DNA of 64,000 nt from Candidatus Gottesmanbacteria bacterium (lineage in GTDB: Bacteria > Patescibacteriota > Microgenomatia > UBA10105 > UBA927). A program made the translations under genes and the position numbers. Shown here piece by piece: positions 59,620 through 64,000 of the stretch. The DNA is taken from positions 1,514-65,513 of the forward strand of contig JACREN010000037.1 of the NCBI GenBank assembly GCA_016218255.1, given 5' to 3'. Positions within the stretch are counted from its first letter, which is position 1. Every line of letters starts with the position of its first letter. A model generated the notes under the pieces. The model was not told the DNA's origin. It did no database searches and worked only from the letters and a program-made list of their open reading frames with translations.

Positions 59620-60788
59620 ACGACTATTTATTTTTCTTCGGCAGAACCCCAAATCTTTCATGGGTAGAGCTTTTGGTCTTTTTTCCCGGTGCAACCAAGC
59701 TTTTTGAGACGGTTGCAGTGGTATCAGAAAAGGAATTTCAGAGTAAAGATCGGTCTCCTGACGAGTGGATCCGTATCTTGGGAGGAGTGACAAAAATTTC
59801 ACGCGTGGTCACCCGATTACCATATGTAGCAACACCTGCTGACCTGGCTTCTGTGGTATCTGATGCGCGGGTGCCTGGCGCAGGCACATTAACGTTCGGA
59901 GTAAGTACGAGCGAAGCAGATGCGCCTATACCCCGACATTTTTTGGAAAAGATGAAACAAATTTTAGCCTCGGATGATCACCGAGTGCGTTTTATCGAAT
60001 CTCGCCATGGCAATGCTCTCACAAGTGTAGTAATTGCGAAAAATGACATTATTGATATTGTTCTTTTGAAAGTTTCCGATGGGTACTCTATAAGCCGTAC
60101 CCTAGCAGTGCAAGATTTTGAATCATGGAGCCAGCGTGATTATGGTCGACCGCACGCAGATCCTAAAGCGGGCATGCTTCCGCCCAAGGTAGCGCGGATG
60201 GCAGTAAATATAGCCGGTACGCCCGGAGGTGTCCTTCTTGATCCGTTTTGTGGAATGGGAACTGTTTTGGCAGAGGCGCTTTTGCTCGGTTGGTGCGTGA
60301 AGGGAAGCGATCAATCGGAAGAGGTGGTTGAGAAAGCGAAACTAAACCTGGAGTGGTTGGAAAAATTGTATCTTCATGGCAAAGTGGCAATCTTTCCGGA
60401 TATGAAATTGTTTGTCAGTGATGCTACACATGTATCAGAGTACTTAAAACCGGAATCAATTAATGCGATTGTGACCGAGCCATATATGGGCCCGACAATT
60501 GGTGAAAATGACAAATTTCGAATGACCAATGATAAATTAAAAAATGTTATAAAGGGGCTGGAAAAACTCTACTTGGGCTGTTTGAAGGATTGGCATCCTA
60601 TCCTGAAGACTGGAGGAAGGGTTGTCATAGCACTGCCGGAATACAAGATTGAGGACAAAATGTTCTTCGTGAAAAAAGTGATTGACAGGTGTGAAAACCT
60701 TGGGTATACTAAGCTCCACGGTCCGGTCGAATATGGTCGACCGCAGGCAATAGTGAGAAGAGAATTTTACGTTTTTGAAAAGACATAA
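59616..60788 (+). CDS. SAM-dependent RNA amino-methyltransferase (Trm11/TrmG10-like)
   Basis: RDYGRP, GMLPPKVARMAVN, LDPFCGMGT, IVTEPYMG. Confidence 0.72.
   Translation: MNDYLFFFGRTPNLSWVELLVFFPGATKLFETVAVVSEKEFQSKDRSPDEWIRILGGVTKISRVVTRLPYVATPADLASVVSDARVPGAGTLTFGVSTSEADAPIPRHFLEKMKQILASDDHRVRFIESRHGNALTSVVIAKNDIIDIVLLKVSDGYSISRTLAVQDFESWSQRDYGRPHADPKAGMLPPKVARMAVNIAGTPGGVLLDPFCGMGTVLAEALLLGWCVKGSDQSEEVVEKAKLNLEWLEKLYLHGKVAIFPDMKLFVSDATHVSEYLKPESINAIVTEPYMGPTIGENDKFRMTNDKLKNVIKGLEKLYLGCLKDWHPILKTGGRVVIALPEYKIEDKMFFVKKVIDRCENLGYTKLHGPVEYGRPQAIVRREFYVFEKT
60507..60541 (+). repeat. Degenerate 7-mer tandem repeat (AATGACM-like x5) within CDS
   Basis: aatgaca aatttcg aatgacc aatgata aattaaa (NDKFRMTNDKL). 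Confidence 0.65.
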
Positions 60789-60794
60789 TAACTT

Positions 60795-61046
60795 ATGGCA
60801 CATATTAAAGCTGGAGGAGTTGCAAAAGGAAATAAGGATTCAGTATCGAAGCGCTTAGGCGTGAAGATATATGGTGGTCAACAGGCGATAACAGGAAATA
60901 TCATCATCCGTCAAAAAGGTACGAAAGTTCATCCTGGAGAAGGCGTAAGCATGGGGAAGGATTTCACTATATTTGCGGTGATGGACGGCGAGGTTGCATT
61001 TAGTACGCGTCGCGGTAAACAGTTTGTTTCGGTACTGCCCAAGTAG
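60795..61046 (+). CDS. rpmA: 50S ribosomal protein L27
   Basis: MAHIKAGG..NKDS.SKRLGVK, GNIIIRQKGT, GKDFTIFA. Confidence 0.95.
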   Translation: MAHIKAGGVAKGNKDSVSKRLGVKIYGGQQAITGNIIIRQKGTKVHPGEGVSMGKDFTIFAVMDGEVAFSTRRGKQFVSVLPK

Positions 61047-61053
61047 TAAATTC

Positions 61054-61872
61054 ATGTCTGATACGCAACAGGTGTTACATCTGGATATCGATTTGGGTCA
61101 GCCAAATCCACTGCAGCCTCGAGGTTTGATCGCCCCCGACAGTCTTCGAGATTTATCAAATTCCATAAAAGAACATGGAATAATAGAACCGCTTGTTGTG
61201 GCGAAAACGCCAGCTGGATACCAGATCATCGCTGGAGAGCGTCGGTGGCGGGCATCTAAGCTTGCTGGTTTGACGACAGTTCCTGTGGTCGTGAAGGAGA
61301 CGACAGCAAAAGGCATGCTGGAAATGGCAATCGTTGAAAACGTTCAACGCGAAGATCTCAATCCTATTGAGCGGGCGCAGGCGTTTCAGCGGCTTATTGA
61401 AGAGTTTGGTTTGCCGCTACTTGAGATAGCCAAGCGAATCGGTAAAAGCGAATCCTACGTATCGAATACCATGCGGCTTTTGGGACTCCCGGATGCTATA
61501 AAAGATGGTCTTATATCTGGAGCCATGACGGAGGGGCATGCACGAGCAATCGCAGGATTGGGCGACACGAAGCTCATGGTCGAAGCGTATAAAACGATAT
61601 TGGCAGAAAGTGCATCGGTGCGAAGAGCGGAAGATTTAGCCAGGCGACTGAAGGCACAATACGATAAAAAGCCGACCCAACGCGTGGAGCGCATACATAG
61701 CGATGAGCTAGATGGCATGGCGAAAGATATCGCTCAGGCTGTGAATGGGATGGTTAAAATAACGCAGTCAAAGGTGGAGGCTCGGGTCGTTTTTGTGATC
61801 CGGGGTAATTTAGAAACCACAAGTAAACTTCTCAAAACGCTTCGCGATCGAGTCGTCCCTGCCAAAAAGTGA
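61054..61872 (+). CDS. parB: ParB/Spo0J-family protein
   Basis: PNPLQPR, GIIEPLVV, IIAGERRWRA, ENVQREDLNPIE, HTH, GHARA. Confidence 0.9.
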   Translation: MSDTQQVLHLDIDLGQPNPLQPRGLIAPDSLRDLSNSIKEHGIIEPLVVAKTPAGYQIIAGERRWRASKLAGLTTVPVVVKETTAKGMLEMAIVENVQREDLNPIERAQAFQRLIEEFGLPLLEIAKRIGKSESYVSNTMRLLGLPDAIKDGLISGAMTEGHARAIAGLGDTKLMVEAYKTILAESASVRRAEDLARRLKAQYDKKPTQRVERIHSDELDGMAKDIAQAVNGMVKITQSKVEARVVFVIRGNLETTSKLLKTLRDRVVPAKK

Positions 61873-61884
61873 GTTGATATCGTG

Positions 61885-61956
61885 TGGACCTGAGAGGTAT
61901 CGAACCTCTGACCTTTCGAATGTGAGTCGAACGCTCTACCACTGAGCTACAGGTCC
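61885..61956 (-). tRNA. tRNA-Val(CAC), CCA not encoded
   Basis: GGACCTG TAGCTCAGTGGTAGAGC G TTCGA CT CAC AT TCGAA AGGTC AGAGG TTCGATA CCTCT CAGGTCC A. Confidence 0.95.
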
Positions 61957-61967
61957 CGCATAAGTTC

Positions 61968-61996
61968 TTGACGATAGTAATTATATCACCTACACT
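61968..61996 (+). promoter_or_regulatory. Sigma70 promoter TTGACG-17-TACACT for lepB, overlapping a divergent TGA-TATAAT (minus strand, 61980-61988) for the tRNA
   Basis: ttgacg atagtaattatatcacc tacact. Confidence 0.6.
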
Positions 61997-62008
61997 GAAT
62001 TTACCTCT

Positions 62009-62572
62009 ATGGAGATTCTAAAACGGATTATCGCTGGAATATTCGATTTTTTGCAGGGCATTGTGGTCTTTTTGGCGTTACTGGTAATGGTATATTTGTT
62101 TGTTATGTCACCACAGGAGATAAATGGGGCTTCTATGGAGCCAAGCTTTTATAACGGTGAATTTATCCTCACAAATAAGATAATTTATAAATTTCGGAAT
62201 CCCAAGCGTGGAGAAGTCGTGATTTTTAAGTCTCCAAAAAATAAGGAGATAGACTATATAAAGCGGGTGATTGGGTTACCGGGAGATACAGTAAAATTGT
62301 ACAAAAGTGCTCTTTATGTAAACGGTCAAAAGCTGGAGGAGCCGTATTTGGCCCCCGGAGTATATATATTTGGAGGATCGTATCTGGCGGAAGGGTATGA
62401 AGTGACCGTACCTTCAGGCATGTATTTCGTTGTGGGTGATAATAGACCGCATAGTTCAGATTCGCGTGAGTTCGGGCCAGTATCAAAAGAGGATTTTATT
62501 GGTCATGCAATTCTTCGTTATTGGCCGTTTCAGAAGGTAGGGTTGGTCGCAACTCCTCATTATACGCTCTAA
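62009..62572 (+). CDS. lepB: Signal peptidase I
   Basis: GASMEP, YIKRVIGLPGD, GDNRPHSSDSREFG, RYWP. Confidence 0.95.
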   Translation: MEILKRIIAGIFDFLQGIVVFLALLVMVYLFVMSPQEINGASMEPSFYNGEFILTNKIIYKFRNPKRGEVVIFKSPKNKEIDYIKRVIGLPGDTVKLYKSALYVNGQKLEEPYLAPGVYIFGGSYLAEGYEVTVPSGMYFVVGDNRPHSSDSREFGPVSKEDFIGHAILRYWPFQKVGLVATPHYTL

Positions 62573-62574
62573 CA

Positions 62575-63999
62575 TCAGAGAGCTTCCCGAAATAGTAGCT
62601 GGGAAAGATAAAAGAATATTTTTGCCTCAGCAAGTGATCCTCCGCTGCGAGCCGCTTCAGCCTGACTGCGATATTCCTGAGCGCTTTGAAAGCGTCTGGC
62701 TCTGATTCCGATGGATTCTCCACGTCCTGTAGCAGCTGTAAGAATTCTGGTCAGATTTGAATCATAGGAAGCTGTGCTTGCAGAAAATCTGTTTGTTTCC
62801 GAAAGGGGGAAGAGCGATGTTTGGGCTCCCAATGCATACTTATAAAGGTAGGCTATCTTTTCTGAGATTTGGAGAGAGGCCTGAATAGTATTTTCTGTGT
62901 TTTGGGTTTTGCGATAGATGGATAATTGCGTGATGCTTTGTTCAAGATTTGTTTTTGCTATTGCATGCCGTCCGATAGCGATGGCTGATCTGGCAAGCGC
63001 TAACGATCGGCGGGCGGCAGTCAGAGAGTTGTGATTTGTCAGATTAAGAATAAGTTGGTTGATCTCATCGAACTTTTGGGTGGTCGTCGTGGCGACGGAC
63101 GCCTCAGTCAAAAGGGTGTTTGCGGTAACTGATATGCTATATATCTTTTGTGCACCGGGTGTAATGGTGCCGGTATATTCTTTCCAGGTGTTTGCACTGT
63201 CGGTAAATTGCGCGGCAATGAGGGTATACGGTCCGGCTCCGGTACCGGTGAGCTTCACATCGTACGTACCGGTGTCGGGACTTGGTATGAAGACGATGCC
63301 ATCCGGCCCGTCATGGGTAGTGCCGTTATGCGTTACCTGAAGAGAAACAGGAGAGCGGACGAGAAACAGAAGACCGGGCGTGACGGAAGTCGGGCTACCT
63401 GCAACGATGTCTGCATCAGTGTGCGCAATAGCGAGAATATCCAGTATTGCATCAATGCTGTCGCTTGCCGCAATGGTGTTTTTGTGATTTTGGCTGACTG
63501 ATGTGCCGGTATCGCCGGTCAGTTTTGCGCGAAAAAGAGTGACAAGATTATCTCCTTCGGTTGTCGTTTCTGCAGTTACAGGTTTGCCGTCAGTCCAATT
63601 GCCGAGCGCTGTGTCGATCCATGAGGGATCCGAGACAACATACCCGTTGATAGTAGAAAATGTCGTGCCGGTGAGGGCGTCAAGTAGTGGAAACGTTGCA
63701 CTTGCGCTTGTGTTCAAATCAGATAGCCATGTGTTTGTGAATGACATGGTCGCCGGATCAATGAGCTGGTTGTCTGATTGTCTGCGTAGGTATGCAGCCA
63801 GTGGGAGAAGATTCTGTATAACCGGAAGACTGGACCGAATAGTTTCGCGATTCGTTGCGAATGATCGGCGGTTGAGTTGTAAAACCAACCGTTCTCCTAG
63901 CCAAAGAAGAGAATTGTCCTGAGGCAGGTCGCCAGCTGACCAGGCGGGATATGCAATTGCTGCACCCTGATTGGGTGTTCCGGCCGTGATAAGGTGCTT
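62575..63999 (-). CDS. C-terminal part of a PGAP1/LCAT-like lipase (alpha/beta hydrolase) with beta-rich and helical C-terminal domains; 5'-truncated by window edge
   Basis: Frame is open to the window end: KHLITAGTPNQGAAIAYPAWSAG, then NLLP, EGDNLV, H; RSPVSLQV and GTYDVKLTGTGAGPYTL segments. Confidence 0.65.
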   Translation of the reverse strand, partial: KHLITAGTPNQGAAIAYPAWSAGDLPQDNSLLWLGERLVLQLNRRSFATNRETIRSSLPVIQNLLPLAAYLRRQSDNQLIDPATMSFTNTWLSDLNTSASATFPLLDALTGTTFSTINGYVVSDPSWIDTALGNWTDGKPVTAETTTEGDNLVTLFRAKLTGDTGTSVSQNHKNTIAASDSIDAILDILAIAHTDADIVAGSPTSVTPGLLFLVRSPVSLQVTHNGTTHDGPDGIVFIPSPDTGTYDVKLTGTGAGPYTLIAAQFTDSANTWKEYTGTITPGAQKIYSISVTANTLLTEASVATTTTQKFDEINQLILNLTNHNSLTAARRSLALARSAIAIGRHAIAKTNLEQSITQLSIYRKTQNTENTIQASLQISEKIAYLYKYALGAQTSLFPLSETNRFSASTASYDSNLTRILTAATGRGESIGIRARRFQSAQEYRSQAEAARSGGSLAEAKIFFYLSQLLFREAL

Positions 64000-64000
64000 T

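Noticed and set aside
59167-59802. 211-aa minus-strand ORF
   Set aside because: Spans rodA, rplU and the methyltransferase on the opposite strand; no protein-like features
63059-63922. Plus-strand ORFs of 93-139 aa
   Set aside because: Antisense to the lipase-like CDS, which has family motifs
61860-64000. Integrated element at tRNA-Val
   Set aside because: No integrase and no duplicated tRNA 3' end; flanks are housekeeping genes

Overview
Gene-dense, almost entirely plus-strand chromosomal segment in the standard genetic code. By inference it comes from a Patescibacteria/CPR (Microgenomates-like) bacterium: alpha2-type GlyRS, type II IleRS, compact Mur ligases, DUF4012, few Shine-Dalgarno sites and many ATGA overlaps. 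(1) 1-26.2 kb is a surface-glycan locus: nucleotide-sugar enzymes, GT4/GT2 transferases, several large GT-C-type membrane proteins (one fused to an O-antigen-ligase-like domain), ManC, a priming transferase and DUF4012. (2) recO-glyQS follows. (3) 28.7-53.7 kb is an expanded dcw operon (mraZ to ftsZ) with inserted pgeF, GlmU-like, alpha/beta hydrolase, DegT aminotransferase, PD-(D/E)XK nuclease, FemABX, dgkA and a murL-murD pair. (4) The end holds a T-box-controlled ileS, rodA, rplU-methyltransferase-rpmA, parB, tRNA-Val(CAC), lepB and a partial lipase-like gene. No mobile element or CRISPR array was seen. The most unusual signals are: an ileS T-box combining an actinobacterial-style ultra-short Stem I with an intrinsic terminator; degenerate 7-mer tandem repeats inside several genes; a stand-alone GT4 N-domain beside a GT4 with a possible internal promoter; apparent widespread leaderless transcription; and a branched inverted-repeat element between ftsA and ftsZ. 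All calls are from motif recognition only, with no database searches; several start codons were re-picked by eye.
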